From assembly GCA_038523235.1 (NCBI GenBank), contig JBCBJQ010000008.1, positions 53,614 to 117,613 of the forward strand: DNA of 64,000 nucleotides, written 5' to 3'. The translations under genes were made by a program, and so were the position numbers. The stretch's first letter is position 1. Each line of letters begins with the position of its first letter. This DNA is from Cyanobacteria bacterium J06626_4 (GTDB lineage Bacteria > Cyanobacteriota > Cyanobacteriia > Phormidesmidales > Phormidesmidaceae). The notes under the pieces are model-generated. The model saw nothing but the letters and a program-made list of their open reading frames with translations. It had not been told where the DNA came from and ran no database searches. Shown here one piece after another: positions 17,840-28,274 of the stretch.

Positions 17840-18838
17840 TTAAAGCCACCGACGTTGCTTTAACTGATATCCTTTCGGAGACATGCCGAACTGCCGCCGA
17901 AAAGCGTTGCTAAACGCCGTTGCACTGTCATAACCAATGGCTGTGGCCACGGCGGCGATTGAGCGCTGCTGGGTTAGCAATTTGCAGGCTGTTTGCATGC
18001 GCTGCTGGGTTAAATAGCCAAAAACGGTGGTATCACAAACCTGTCGAAAGCCTTCCCTGAGCTTGCGTTCGTTGAGATTCACTTGCCGCGCCAGTTCTGC
18101 TGTGGAAGGCGGCTGGCTCATATTTTGATCCAGAATGGCCTGAGCTTGATAAATGCGGTCAACTTCTTTGGGCGGAATCTGATTGGTCGATGTCGGCGGC
18201 ACCATCAGATCAAATTGAAAAGCCAGCAGCTCTAAAACTTTGGCTTCCAAATAAAAAAATCGAGTAATGCCCTGATAGGGTGATCGCAAGATTTGCTGCA
18301 GTAAAACCTGCTGGGCGGGCGTAATCCGACTAGATAAATACAGCAGCGCTTTGTCAGGCTGCTCGATCGCGGTTTTTAAGTCAGTAGGGAGATCGCTGAG
18401 GCGATCGCTAAAGGCAGGAATTAGCTCTGGCAAAATTTGAATGCGAATTCTACAGAGATATTGCCCAGCCGGATAATTTTCGGTTTCAGCGGTGTTAGGC
18501 AGGCAGTAGAAATAGCTTTTCCCGGCGGCCTCTTCTTCAGGAGCACTCAGACCATCATTATCCACCTGACACCCACCGGATAGGTAATAGCTCAGGGTTA
18601 GCGGCATCGGCTGAGGATGCTGCTCAATCTGACAGCAATGGGTTTGCGGCTTTTTGAGATCATCAATCGACAAATTGATGCCGGGTCGGAGTTGAATGCT
18701 GCGGCAGTACCCGTGCCCCACCGAAGACGGCAGTTGCGTAAATTTCTCTGGGCCTTCCTCATATTCCACAAGGCTGCCCTCAGCGCGACACGCATCTATG
18801 AGTTGAAGCACCTCAGCCGCAGTAATAACTTTCGCCAT
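17840..18838 (-). CDS. AraC/PchR-family regulator
   Basis: Full-length; sensor domain similar to 3437..4435. Confidence 0.93.
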   Translation of the reverse strand: MAKVITAAEVLQLIDACRAEGSLVEYEEGPEKFTQLPSSVGHGYCRSIQLRPGINLSIDDLKKPQTHCCQIEQHPQPMPLTLSYYLSGGCQVDNDGLSAPEEEAAGKSYFYCLPNTAETENYPAGQYLCRIRIQILPELIPAFSDRLSDLPTDLKTAIEQPDKALLYLSSRITPAQQVLLQQILRSPYQGITRFFYLEAKVLELLAFQFDLMVPPTSTNQIPPKEVDRIYQAQAILDQNMSQPPSTAELARQVNLNERKLREGFRQVCDTTVFGYLTQQRMQTACKLLTQQRSIAAVATAIGYDSATAFSNAFRRQFGMSPKGYQLKQRRWL

Positions 18839-18879
18839 TTAGCCCTTGCGATAGAACTCCTTAAAAAGGGTATCGCAAT

Positions 18880-18898
18880 GTTAGGAATAATTCTCAAT
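18880..18898. promoter_or_regulatory. Fur-like box upstream of AraC
   Basis: GTTAGGAATAATTCTCAAT. Confidence 0.75.
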
Positions 18899-18917
18899 AT
18901 GCCAATGCAGTGCTTAT

Positions 18918-19330
18918 TTATTCAGCGGTTTCATTCGATTCCAGGTCTGCCGCGAGACACACTTCAATATCGGCCAGAATCTCATTTGCCGCCAGAATGC
19001 TACGACTGGCAATCCAAACGGCTCCGTCAACTTGACACACGCGATCTTGCTGCACAGCTTGCAGCTGCGACCAAATTGGGTGCGTCACAAACGCTGCTTT
19101 TGAGGTTCCCCCCGGTTGATCGGTGGAGTAAGTGAGAAAAACATAATCGCCATCAAGCGCCTCTAAAGACTCGGCCGATAATCGGGCGACATACCCGTCG
19201 GGATCATCTTGAGCGGGAGTTCGAGAGAAACCGATATCTTGCAGCACCGACCCCGCAAAGCTACCCGTTGTGAATGCTCTAACAATATCTTGAGGAACGA
19301 TCACCACCGAAATTTCCAACGCTTGTGGCT
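18918..19330 (-). pseudogene. C-terminal fragment of a FecB-like binding protein
   Basis: EISVV..SFAGSVLQDIG..LDGDYVF..IWSQLQAVQ; no signal peptide or N-terminal lobe. Confidence 0.85.
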
Positions 19331-19371
19331 GTAAGCAGGATATGGATTAGAGGAGTAACAGGCTAGAGATT

Positions 19372-19414
19372 TTGAATTCTCAACGCACTTTTCTTGAATT
19401 CTCAACGCACTTTT
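19372..19414 (-). promoter_or_regulatory. Putative AraC operator (perfect 21-mer, 22-bp period)
   Basis: TTGAATTCTCAACGCACTTTT at 19372 and 19394, abutting the AraC stop. Confidence 0.75.
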
Positions 19415-20461
19415 TCAGACAGCTAGTTGTTGCTGCTGATAGAGCTTAGGATTAAGGCCAAATTTTTTGCGGAAGGCGACGGCAAAGCTGCTGCGGCTTC
19501 TGTAGCCAACAGATTGAATGACATCCTCAACTTTTACATCGGGATAGCTCAGCATGCTGCGCGCCTGCTGCAAGCGGTAGTCTTGCAGATACTCAAACGG
19601 GGTCATGTGAAACACTTGCTGGAAACCTTCGGTCAACTTGCGACGATTGAGGTTGACTTGTTGGGCTAAATCAGCAATGGAAGGCGGATGCTGTAAGTTC
19701 CTCAGCAATAGCTCTCTGGCCTGATAAATGCGATGTAGCTCATCTAACTGCGGGCTATTTTGACCGGTGAGCTGGCTTTCTACGACCACGAGTTGCTCAA
19801 CCATCTGCCGCGATCGCAGCGTCATTAGTTCTAGCGCCTTTGCTTCCAGGTATATCCGTCGATTCAGTCCTTGATCGGGGCAGTTGAGAATTTGATGCAG
19901 TAGATACCGCATTTGGGGTGTAACCGTCTCCCAGTTTGTCAGTGACCAGGCCTGTTCTGCCAGCGGATTTGCCTGTGGAATTTGAAATGCACAAACTTTT
20001 TCGAGATAGCTGCCAATAGATTGTCGGAGCTTGGCTGGCAGCTGCTCAAGCAGCCCGTCCCAAAAAACTTTGAGAATTGGCAACCGTAAATGTAGCTCTA
20101 CCTTGAAAATATGCTGATTTCCTGGATATTGACTAATGGAACACTTGTCGGTTTCACGGCCTAATGAGAAGACCAATGGGCTTTTCCCAGCGTGAGGCCC
20201 CGCCAAGATAAACTCTAGTTCTAGCTTTAAGGGAGACCTAAAGGCTGGGCAGTGTCTAACAAAATCATCCCGAAATTCATACTCTATGATGTTGAGGGCC
20301 AATCCATCCCGCATACAAATGGTCTGAAGATAACCTTGACCCAGGTGATTCCAACATTTGCGGATTTTGTCAGTTTCATCGTAGTGCCAGAGGTTAACTT
20401 CATCGGGGCTACAACGCTGCAACCAATCATTTGGCTGATTCAGGGAGAGTGTGATGGCCAC
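19415..20461 (-). CDS. AraC/PchR-family regulator
   Basis: Double HTH; paralog of 24559..25659. Confidence 0.92.
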   Translation of the reverse strand: MAITLSLNQPNDWLQRCSPDEVNLWHYDETDKIRKCWNHLGQGYLQTICMRDGLALNIIEYEFRDDFVRHCPAFRSPLKLELEFILAGPHAGKSPLVFSLGRETDKCSISQYPGNQHIFKVELHLRLPILKVFWDGLLEQLPAKLRQSIGSYLEKVCAFQIPQANPLAEQAWSLTNWETVTPQMRYLLHQILNCPDQGLNRRIYLEAKALELMTLRSRQMVEQLVVVESQLTGQNSPQLDELHRIYQARELLLRNLQHPPSIADLAQQVNLNRRKLTEGFQQVFHMTPFEYLQDYRLQQARSMLSYPDVKVEDVIQSVGYRSRSSFAVAFRKKFGLNPKLYQQQQLAV

Positions 20462-20507
20462 GCGTCTAGTCGATGAATTGGGCTGCGTATTAGAAATACT
20501 ATAGATT

Positions 20508-20526
20508 ATTGCAATTCATTCCCAGG
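20508..20526. promoter_or_regulatory. Fur-like box upstream of AraC
   Basis: ATTGCAATTCATTCCCAGG. Confidence 0.6.
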
Positions 20527-20675
20527 TGGGTGGGCGCAGTATGCAGGCTGCACAAAGTATGAAGAAATCCGTTGAGTCATGAAGAGCAGCACAGCAGCTT
20601 TAAGGTCGTCAACGGCTATCAGGCTCCTCATTGCTCTCCCCAAGACCGTGAGATAGTCTAACCATTAGCCGGTCT

Positions 20676-21701
20676 TCATTGGGTTGATCCTGATGAATCA
20701 ACATCCGCTAAATACTGAGTTAAATGTTGGGTTAAGTCGTCAATGAGCAATTTGGCCCCTTGAATACCGGGAAAGCTCCAGTAAGTTTCGGTGACGACAT
20801 GCACCTGATCGGTTTTAACGGCGTTGAGCTGTTGCCAAAGCGGATTCGTTTGCAGTTGGGCAAACATGGCGGAGGTATCGCCAAATTCGACGCCAAACAC
20901 AAACATGACATCACCATCGGCCTTTGCCAATTCCTCAAGGCTAATGGGAATCCGGGTGCTCCTGGCTAAAACGACATCCTGCGCGGGGGGACGCCGCAGG
21001 CCTAAGTCGGTCATCACATCCCCGACTAAGGAGGATCTGACGTAGAGAAAAATGCCGTCTGTGCGCACGCGAATGTACGAGACCTCGACATCAGTGAGGC
21101 GATCGCCCAAGGTTTGCTTAAACGTGGCCACCTTTTGGTCATATTCATCGAGCAACTGCTCGGCGGTTGCTGTTTGATTCACCGCGTCAGCCAGGGCTAA
21201 AAATCGGTCTTGCCATTGGCTGACGCGGGGGCTGACGCCGACAGTGGGGGCAATTTTGGACAACTGGCGATACAGTCGGCGCTGCGATTCGCTAATGATG
21301 ATCAAATCGGGATTGAGCAGCAGGATGCTTTCTAGATTGGGCTGCGTGAGCACGCCTACCGTGGCCACCCCTGCAGTCTGGCTAGACAAATAGGGCGGTA
21401 CCGGAAAGGGGCGGTCTTGGGTGAATTCAGCGAAGCCGACGGGCTTAATGCCTAACGCCAACAAATTGTCTAAGTCAACAACCGGATTCATCACGACGAC
21501 TCGGTTTGGCTGTAAGGGCACCTCAGTTTGGCCCAGCGCATGTGCCACCGTGCGAGTCGCTTGGGGGATGGCGGTGTCAGTCCCTTGGTGGGCGGCGGGC
21601 GGCAAGGCCGACCGACCGCTGCAAGCGATCATGAGTAGGCATATCAGACCCAAGATTATCTGCAGCCGAAACCTTTTCAACTTTTGTCGAGCCAATGTCA
21701 T
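20676..21701 (-). CDS. Siderophore-binding lipoprotein
   Basis: Lipobox MIAC, PNLESILLLNPDLII, LSKIAPTV, PLWQQLNAVK. Confidence 0.9.
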   Translation of the reverse strand: MTLARQKLKRFRLQIILGLICLLMIACSGRSALPPAAHQGTDTAIPQATRTVAHALGQTEVPLQPNRVVVMNPVVDLDNLLALGIKPVGFAEFTQDRPFPVPPYLSSQTAGVATVGVLTQPNLESILLLNPDLIIISESQRRLYRQLSKIAPTVGVSPRVSQWQDRFLALADAVNQTATAEQLLDEYDQKVATFKQTLGDRLTDVEVSYIRVRTDGIFLYVRSSLVGDVMTDLGLRRPPAQDVVLARSTRIPISLEELAKADGDVMFVFGVEFGDTSAMFAQLQTNPLWQQLNAVKTDQVHVVTETYWSFPGIQGAKLLIDDLTQHLTQYLADVDSSGSTQ

Positions 21702-21716
21702 TTTGCGGTGTGCCAA

Positions 21717-21790
21717 TGGGTTTGGGGTTCTGGGTTCCTTGCACCTGGTTATTGGTTTCTGGTTCTTTGTTATTGGTTCCTGGTTATTGG
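21717..21790. repeat. Degenerate heptamer tandem repeat (STRR-like)
   Basis: GGTTATT/GGTTTCT/GGTTCCT units. Confidence 0.7.
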
Positions 21791-21821
21791 TGCTGTACCT
21801 TTGGCCTGCTGCTCCCGACGC

Positions 21822-24446
21822 TTAAAACGTGTAGGAGACTGACCCTAAAACGGTAAAGGGTTCTCCTGGATTGGCACCTCGGCGATCGACGGCGCTCTCA
21901 AAATAATCGACGTCAAAGAGATTGCGGAAGTTGAGTCCTACTTGCAGGCGATCGCGGCGATAAAAGATGGAGGCATCGGTGCGCCAATAGCTGTCGAGTT
22001 CAAAGGTGTTGCTGTCGTCACCAAACCGGCGATCGACAAAAAACAGGCCGAGGCCAAACCCCAGTCCTTCGAGGGCTCCTGTCTGAATTTCGTAGGTGGT
22101 GAACAAGCTGGCGGTATTTTCTGGCACGTTGCGCGGGGTGGCCCCATCAGGAAAGTCTGCGCTCTCTGCAATCTCAGCGTCGATAAAGCCGTAGGAGCCG
22201 ATCACATTCCACCCTGGCAGGATTTCACCCTGCACGGTCAGTTCAATTCCTCGACTCGTTTGCTCGCCGATCGGGACAACAAAAGCCGGGTTGTTGGGAT
22301 CAGAGGCGGCAATATTTTCGAGGATAATATCGAATAGGGCTAGCGTTGCTGCTAGTCGGCCTTCTAATAGCTCTGCCTTGATGCCCACTTCAAACTGCTC
22401 CGCCTCTTCTGGATCTAAAAAATCGCCATCAACCGTGGTTTGGGCCAGGGTGTTGGGCCGAAAGGATTGACTGTAGCTGGCATAGATATACAACGGGTCA
22501 ATAGGTTGATAAACAATCCCCACGCGGGGGCTGAAATTACTGAAGTCTTGCTGATCATCAGTGCCAGGGGATGAAATAAACCCCGGAATAAAGACCGGTT
22601 CCGTTTGTCGATCCTGGCTACCGACGTCCAACCGGCCACCGAGTAGAACCGTGAGATTGGGTAGAAGTTGGACTTGATTTTGCACAATCACCCCGAATTG
22701 AGCGAGCTCGACGTTGGCATCGAGCAAGGTGAGCGCTAGCGGCAGGTCGGGAGCCTCGACTCGACCCGTTTGGGGATCAAATAGGTTGATGGGTGGGGCA
22801 AAGTCGGTGGTCGCAAGGTTGCTGCTGTCGGAATACAACACATCGAAGCCAAACAGCACCGTATGCTCAATGGAGCCGGTCGTAAATTCGCCTACCACTT
22901 CAGTTAGTAGCTCAAAACTCTCTGAGGCACTCTCATTGGCGTCGAAGGAACGAGCAATATCGCCGGTGGTTTCATTAATGCCTCCTAACGGAATGCTAAC
23001 CTCGGTCCGTCGATTCAGAAAATCCGAGTCTCGGTAGCGGAAGCGGTTGCGCAATTGCCATTGATCGTTGAACTCATGCTCAAGTCGGTAGCCGAGATTT
23101 AGGGTTTCGACTTCAGCAAAGTCATCGGGCTCACCAATGACGGTATCGAGGGGCACATCTGCGACCTCATCGCCAATGGGGGGAATGCCGCGATCAAAGG
23201 GACGGCGATCGTCCAGATATTCCAACTCAAAGGTGAGGGTTGTGCGATCGCTAATCTCCCACGCCACTGCTGGCGCGATAAAAAATCGCTCGACATCGGT
23301 CTCAAAGTCGCGAAAGCCATCGCTGGATTCATAGGCCGCGTTAAGACGATAAAACAGCCCACTGTCTTCAGTTAGAGGGCCAGAAATATCGACCGTGGGC
23401 CGGACTAAGCCAAAACTGCCAATTTGTACTTCCGCTTCGGCAAAAAACTCGGGTAGGGGCTGCTTGGTGACTAAATTAATCACCCCACCGGGCTCAATGC
23501 TGCCGTAGAGGATCGAGGCCGGGCCGCTGAGCACCTCAACTCGATCAACGTTGGCGATTTCCTCAAAGCCGGCGGTGGCTTCATCCGTATTGGCGGTGCG
23601 AAAGCCATCGCGTAAAATGGCCGCTCCGCTAAAGCCGCGAATCACAAATTCTTCACTCGTTCCCCCAAAGGTATTGCCTTCCACCGCGTTGGGTACGTTG
23701 CGCAGAGCCTCTCGCAGGCGAATGACCTGCTGATCTTCGAGCACCTGCGCCGGAATCACTTGAATCGTCTGGGGAACTTCAAAAACTGAGGTGTCGGTGC
23801 GGGTGCTGGTAGTGGTCTCAGGAGCCAGATAGCCGGCTTCAGCGGCTGACTCCCCAGTGACTAAAATCCGAATCCCGTCCTCAGCGGCGGGTGGCATTTC
23901 TGGTTCTAGGGCGTCTTCATCCGCTTCTGGGACTGTTTCATCAGTCGGGGTAAAAGGAGCCTGCGGGGGGGCAGCAGGCGCTTCTGGCATTGCCTCAGCG
24001 GTTGGGTCGGGCTGGGTGGCGGGTGGCTGCTCAGCGACGGCTCCGGCGATCGCTGCGCTCACAATAAGGGCTCCGTCAGCCTCAACTAAATTAACTGTGG
24101 GAGCCTGTTCTTGCCCAACGATGGTAATCCGCACGCTGTTCCCATCCAGAGGACTCACTTGAATCGAGGCCACCCCCGCCGCTGGCTCGGCTTGAATAAA
24201 GTGATCGTCCGTAGGCAAGCTTAGTTGAGTGTTGATCAGGTCAATGACGACCGTTTCGCCATAGCCGCTGATAAACGATTGAGGTGTGGTGTCATCGGTG
24301 GTCACCAATCGCACCTCTAGGGCACCATTCACCGTATTGATTTGCACTTGATTGATTTGCACCCCCTGCGCAACGGCGGGCTGCGCGATCGTCACCGCCG
24401 AGATCGCGGCCACCAGACTCGGGGTGAATTGCACTCGATATCCCAT
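21822..24446 (-). CDS. TonB-dependent siderophore receptor (FhuA-like), AMIN domain and Pro/Ala linker
   Basis: PQTIQVIPAQV, GPASILYG, C-terminal VSYTF. Confidence 0.93.
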   Translation of the reverse strand: MGYRVQFTPSLVAAISAVTIAQPAVAQGVQINQVQINTVNGALEVRLVTTDDTTPQSFISGYGETVVIDLINTQLSLPTDDHFIQAEPAAGVASIQVSPLDGNSVRITIVGQEQAPTVNLVEADGALIVSAAIAGAVAEQPPATQPDPTAEAMPEAPAAPPQAPFTPTDETVPEADEDALEPEMPPAAEDGIRILVTGESAAEAGYLAPETTTSTRTDTSVFEVPQTIQVIPAQVLEDQQVIRLREALRNVPNAVEGNTFGGTSEEFVIRGFSGAAILRDGFRTANTDEATAGFEEIANVDRVEVLSGPASILYGSIEPGGVINLVTKQPLPEFFAEAEVQIGSFGLVRPTVDISGPLTEDSGLFYRLNAAYESSDGFRDFETDVERFFIAPAVAWEISDRTTLTFELEYLDDRRPFDRGIPPIGDEVADVPLDTVIGEPDDFAEVETLNLGYRLEHEFNDQWQLRNRFRYRDSDFLNRRTEVSIPLGGINETTGDIARSFDANESASESFELLTEVVGEFTTGSIEHTVLFGFDVLYSDSSNLATTDFAPPINLFDPQTGRVEAPDLPLALTLLDANVELAQFGVIVQNQVQLLPNLTVLLGGRLDVGSQDRQTEPVFIPGFISSPGTDDQQDFSNFSPRVGIVYQPIDPLYIYASYSQSFRPNTLAQTTVDGDFLDPEEAEQFEVGIKAELLEGRLAATLALFDIILENIAASDPNNPAFVVPIGEQTSRGIELTVQGEILPGWNVIGSYGFIDAEIAESADFPDGATPRNVPENTASLFTTYEIQTGALEGLGFGLGLFFVDRRFGDDSNTFELDSYWRTDASIFYRRDRLQVGLNFRNLFDVDYFESAVDRRGANPGEPFTVLGSVSYTF

Positions 24447-24509
24447 GTCTCCTCACTGCCAAAGCTGGCTGCATCCAGACGTGAATCGGGGGTGACAGCC
24501 TCTGGGTTA

Positions 24510-24528
24510 CTTGACAACCCTTCTCAAC
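24510..24528. promoter_or_regulatory. Fur-like box
   Basis: CTTGACAACCCTTCTCAAC. Confidence 0.65.
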
Positions 24529-24558
24529 AAGAAGAATATGGATTGTCGGCATCACGTG

Positions 24559-25659
24559 CTAGGGATTTTGAACCGTCAGCGCACTTTCTTGTGAACCGCC
24601 AACGCACTTTTCCGACAGTCCCTTTAAATGCTGCTGCTGATAGAGTTTGGGATTGAGGCCAAATTTTTTGCGAAACGCCACGGCAAAGTTACTGCGACTC
24701 CGGTAGCCGACAGTTTGACTCACATCCTCAACTTTCGTATCGGGATATTTCAGGATGCTTTGCGCCTGCTTTAACCGATAGTCTTGCAAATACTCAAACG
24801 GCGTCATGTGAAACACCTGTTGGAAACTTTCATTCAGTTTCCGGCGATTGAGGTTGACGTGTTGCGCCAATTCCGGAATTGAAGGGGGATGCTGTAAATC
24901 ACTGAGCAGCAGTTCCTTGGCTTGATAAATGCGGTTGAGTTCATCTGGTGGTAACGTCGTTTGCGCAGCCAGTTGCTGGTCAAAACTGACCAGTTGCTCG
25001 ACAATTTGCTGCGATCGCAAGGTCATCAGTTCGGTGGCTTTGCTCTCCAGGTATACCCAGCGGTTGAGCCCCCGATAGGGGCAGCTGAGAATCTGCTGCA
25101 ATACCTGCATCATTTGAGGCGTAATCACGGCCCAACTGGCCAGCGAGTAGGCCTGCTCGATGAGGGGACTCATCTGGGGAATTTGCCGTGAGTAAAACTT
25201 TTCAAAATACTCGTCAGCAGCAGGTCGCAGCGGGGCTGGTAACGCCTCCAATAAACCGTCTAAAAAAACTTGCAGCATGGGTAGCTGGAGATGCAGTTCC
25301 ACTTTCAAGATGCGCTGATGACCCGGATAGCGACCGATAGAGCGGGCAATTTCCTGACCCGCTGTAAGAAACAATTTGCTCTGCCCGACATCGGGCCCCG
25401 TCAACATAAACGCGAGCTCAAGCCCCACTGGGCGCTCAAACGCTTGAATTTTTCTAACAAAATCATCATGAAATTCATAATCTAAGATGACGATGCTCAA
25501 CCCATCGCGCATCGCTAGGCATTGTCGATACCCCCGCCCTAAGGACGGCGGACACCGCATGGTGGTGTCGGTATAGCTGACGTGAGGCAAGTTGATCTCG
25601 CTAGAGCTCTCGTGCTGCAACCAATCATCGGGGTGGTCAAGTAAAAGTTCGATTGCCAT
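24559..25659 (-). CDS. AraC/PchR-family regulator
   Basis: Double HTH; start moved to MAIELL; 3' end overlaps its putative operator. Confidence 0.92.
   Translation of the reverse strand: MAIELLLDHPDDWLQHESSSEINLPHVSYTDTTMRCPPSLGRGYRQCLAMRDGLSIVILDYEFHDDFVRKIQAFERPVGLELAFMLTGPDVGQSKLFLTAGQEIARSIGRYPGHQRILKVELHLQLPMLQVFLDGLLEALPAPLRPAADEYFEKFYSRQIPQMSPLIEQAYSLASWAVITPQMMQVLQQILSCPYRGLNRWVYLESKATELMTLRSQQIVEQLVSFDQQLAAQTTLPPDELNRIYQAKELLLSDLQHPPSIPELAQHVNLNRRKLNESFQQVFHMTPFEYLQDYRLKQAQSILKYPDTKVEDVSQTVGYRSRSNFAVAFRKKFGLNPKLYQQQHLKGLSEKCVGGSQESALTVQNP
24569..24611 (-). promoter_or_regulatory. Putative AraC operator (23-bp period)
   Basis: TGAACCGTCAGCGCACTTT and TGAACCGCCAACGCACTTT. Confidence 0.7.
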
Positions 25660-25845
25660 AGGGTTTGTCAATGAACTGTACTGCGTCGGGACTAGTCGAT
25701 AGATCTGGTGTGGGCAACGCTCAAATTTTGAGAAACCGGATTGCTCCTCCTCCAGAGTTGGGGAAATTGAGGGGGGATGCGTCCGCCCGATGCTGATTAG
25801 GAGACTTGTCGGGGTAAGTTATTAGCCTGCCATCTCTGACGGCTT

Positions 25846-25864
25846 ATTGCAATTCATTCGCATA
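25846..25864. promoter_or_regulatory. Fur-like box upstream of AraC
   Basis: ATTGCAATTCATTCGCATA. Confidence 0.65.
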
Positions 25865-26390
25865 TGAGATGCCCAGTGTCAGATATTGAATACCCGACTT
25901 GCGGCGATTCCTGAGAAAAAATATACCGGTATCGTCAGGGCGGGTTTAACCAGGAAACCTCGGTTCATCGCGATTAAGGGATCGACAAAATCTGCCTCTA
26001 CAGGGATGGGCTTGGCTAGAAATCTCCTGGCAGGAAAGCGATCGCTGAGATTTATCGCCCCCTCGTTTTTCTGGTGTCTTTATCAGCTCTGGGAGTGCGC
26101 TCATCCAAGCCTCGATCTCACCCAGAGGCCGAGTTTTGTCAATCAGCGACGCCGAGGTAAAAGCGGTTGCGGCAGTGTCTTGGGCGATCGCTCACTGAGG
26201 TCTTTTGACGCTTTTGGGTGAGCCGTGCCGACACTTGACGGTATCGTCGCAGTCAAATGAGGTTATTTCAGATGGCTGACATCAGCCTCTGGCCGGGTTT
26301 GAAATTCGTTAGGCTGGCCTTGCCCAAGGGGGATGCCGACCGCGCGCAGGGGGGCTGGCTCTGCCTAGAGGGCCTGCGGCGATAGCCGCG

Positions 26391-28235
26391 TTAGCTGAGC
26401 CATGACAAGTCATCAAAGCGGCCCATCGCCTCGACTCGTCCTTCATGCAAAACAATGATGCGATCGGCCCGGCGCAGGACATCGGGTCGGTTAGATGTGA
26501 TCAGGCAAGTTGGCCGTCCCGCTTCTGTTGCCCGGCCAGGGGCAAAGAGTCCCTCCCACAACTTTTGCTCGGTCTCAACATCCAGGGCGCTCGATAAATC
26601 GTCAAAGATCAAGAGTTCGGGCTGGCGTACCAGCATTCGCGCTGCCGCCGCGCGCTGGAGTTGTCCGCCTGAGAGCCGCACCCCTCGGGTGCCCACTAAG
26701 GTTGCCAGACCCATGGGCATGGCCGCAACGTCTTGGGCAAAAACTGACAGGCGGAGAGCCTCACCAAGGGCGGCGTCGGATTTTTCTAACTCCAGCAAGA
26801 GATTGTTGCTTAGGGTATCGCTAAATAAATGCGGCACTTGGGGCGTGTAGGCGCTACGGGGAGGGCAGAAAAAGGTGGCAGGATGCTCAACGGGTTGGCC
26901 GTTCCAGTAAATCGTGCCAGTTTGTCGAGGGAGCAATCCTAACAGGACGCGCAGGAGGGTGGTTTTGCCGGAGCCGACCGGGCCCGTAATGACGGTGAGG
27001 CTACCTCGGCGCAACGAGAAACTAATCGCTTCAATACCTTGGCTAGCATGGGGATAGTGATAGGAAAGGTCGACCACAGCCAACTCTTTGAAATGAGATG
27101 GGGCCTCTGCATGAGGCGGCTGGAGGGGGGGCAGTGGCGGTTGGCGACCCCAAAGTCCAGCCAAATAAAGCGGTTGATGGGCGACCAATGCAAAGGCTGC
27201 CGCCGCTGGCGCACTATGATGCTCGGTGAGCGAGTCTGGTCGGTGCAGCGCCCTTAAGCGCTCAAACGAGACTTCGGTTTGTTTTAACCAAGTCAGATAC
27301 TGGCCAAAGGCCCGGAAAGCAGTTGCGACCAAAGCTAGATAGTAAATGAACAAGGCAAAATCACCCACGGAGAGCCCGCTGGTTGTTGGTGTATGGGCGG
27401 TTGCCATCAATAAAAGAATGCAGCCGATACCGAGGTTGGTGAGGTTCTCGAAGCCAGAATTGAGGACTGTGATCAGCAATCGGTCTTTCACCATTTGTTG
27501 CTGACGCTGGCCATTAAGGTGCTTGAGGTGATTGAGGACAGCGGTTTCGGTGCCGGTTGCTTTGAGCACTTGCACCGAAGCAAAGATTTCCCCGAGAAAT
27601 CCGGTGACGGCTTGGGTGGCCCGACGGCTCGCCCGGCGATATTGCTTGATCTGTTGTTGCACTTGCTGAACCGCGGCTGAGATTACGGCCAGCGGCAGAA
27701 AGACCATCAAGGTGATCTGAGGGTTGATCTGCAGCAAGAGCCCGATCGCGCCGAGGGCAAAAAGTCCGTACCCAATCAGGTCGGCGGTTTTGACGATGGT
27801 TTGCTCAATCAGTTCGGGGTCTTCGCGAAAGTAGGAAATAGCTTCGCCGGGGGAGATAGTTTGCCTTTGTGACCCCTCCTCAATCGATAAGGGCTGAGCG
27901 CCGGGTTGCTGTAAAAGCTGGTCTAAGAGATTGTGACGCAGCAGCGATCGCAGGTTGAAGCGATACTGAGTGCGCACCCACTGACCGGCAAAGAGCGCCA
28001 CAATTTCTCCCCCACTCGTTGCGACGAGTAAACCAAGGAAGGCCAGAGGCGACAGAGCCAGGGGGGCGGTCTCTGTCAGGGCATCAAAATACCCTTGAAT
28101 AATCAGACCAGGAATCGCCGGAAAGACGCCCGAAATCAGCATCCACAGTCCAGCGTCTACAAGGGCCAGTTTCGGGGTGTAGCAAATCAAGCGCCAGAGT
28201 AGGGGCCAGAGGGGCATCGGGGTGGGCAGGGTCAT
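26391..28235 (-). CDS. ABC half-transporter (TMD-NBD), degenerate Walker B subunit
   Basis: GPVGSGKTT, LSGGQ, LIFDDLSSALD. Confidence 0.92.
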   Translation of the reverse strand: MTLPTPMPLWPLLWRLICYTPKLALVDAGLWMLISGVFPAIPGLIIQGYFDALTETAPLALSPLAFLGLLVATSGGEIVALFAGQWVRTQYRFNLRSLLRHNLLDQLLQQPGAQPLSIEEGSQRQTISPGEAISYFREDPELIEQTIVKTADLIGYGLFALGAIGLLLQINPQITLMVFLPLAVISAAVQQVQQQIKQYRRASRRATQAVTGFLGEIFASVQVLKATGTETAVLNHLKHLNGQRQQQMVKDRLLITVLNSGFENLTNLGIGCILLLMATAHTPTTSGLSVGDFALFIYYLALVATAFRAFGQYLTWLKQTEVSFERLRALHRPDSLTEHHSAPAAAAFALVAHQPLYLAGLWGRQPPLPPLQPPHAEAPSHFKELAVVDLSYHYPHASQGIEAISFSLRRGSLTVITGPVGSGKTTLLRVLLGLLPRQTGTIYWNGQPVEHPATFFCPPRSAYTPQVPHLFSDTLSNNLLLELEKSDAALGEALRLSVFAQDVAAMPMGLATLVGTRGVRLSGGQLQRAAAARMLVRQPELLIFDDLSSALDVETEQKLWEGLFAPGRATEAGRPTCLITSNRPDVLRRADRIIVLHEGRVEAMGRFDDLSWLS

Positions 28236-28274
28236 TTTCGGAGAGTCGGGAGCGGGGTGAAAGCAGGGGAGGAG

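Noticed and set aside
25886..26221. 111-aa plus-strand ORF
   Set aside because: TTG start, overlaps a degenerate REP-like inverted repeat (25934-26001), no recognisable features
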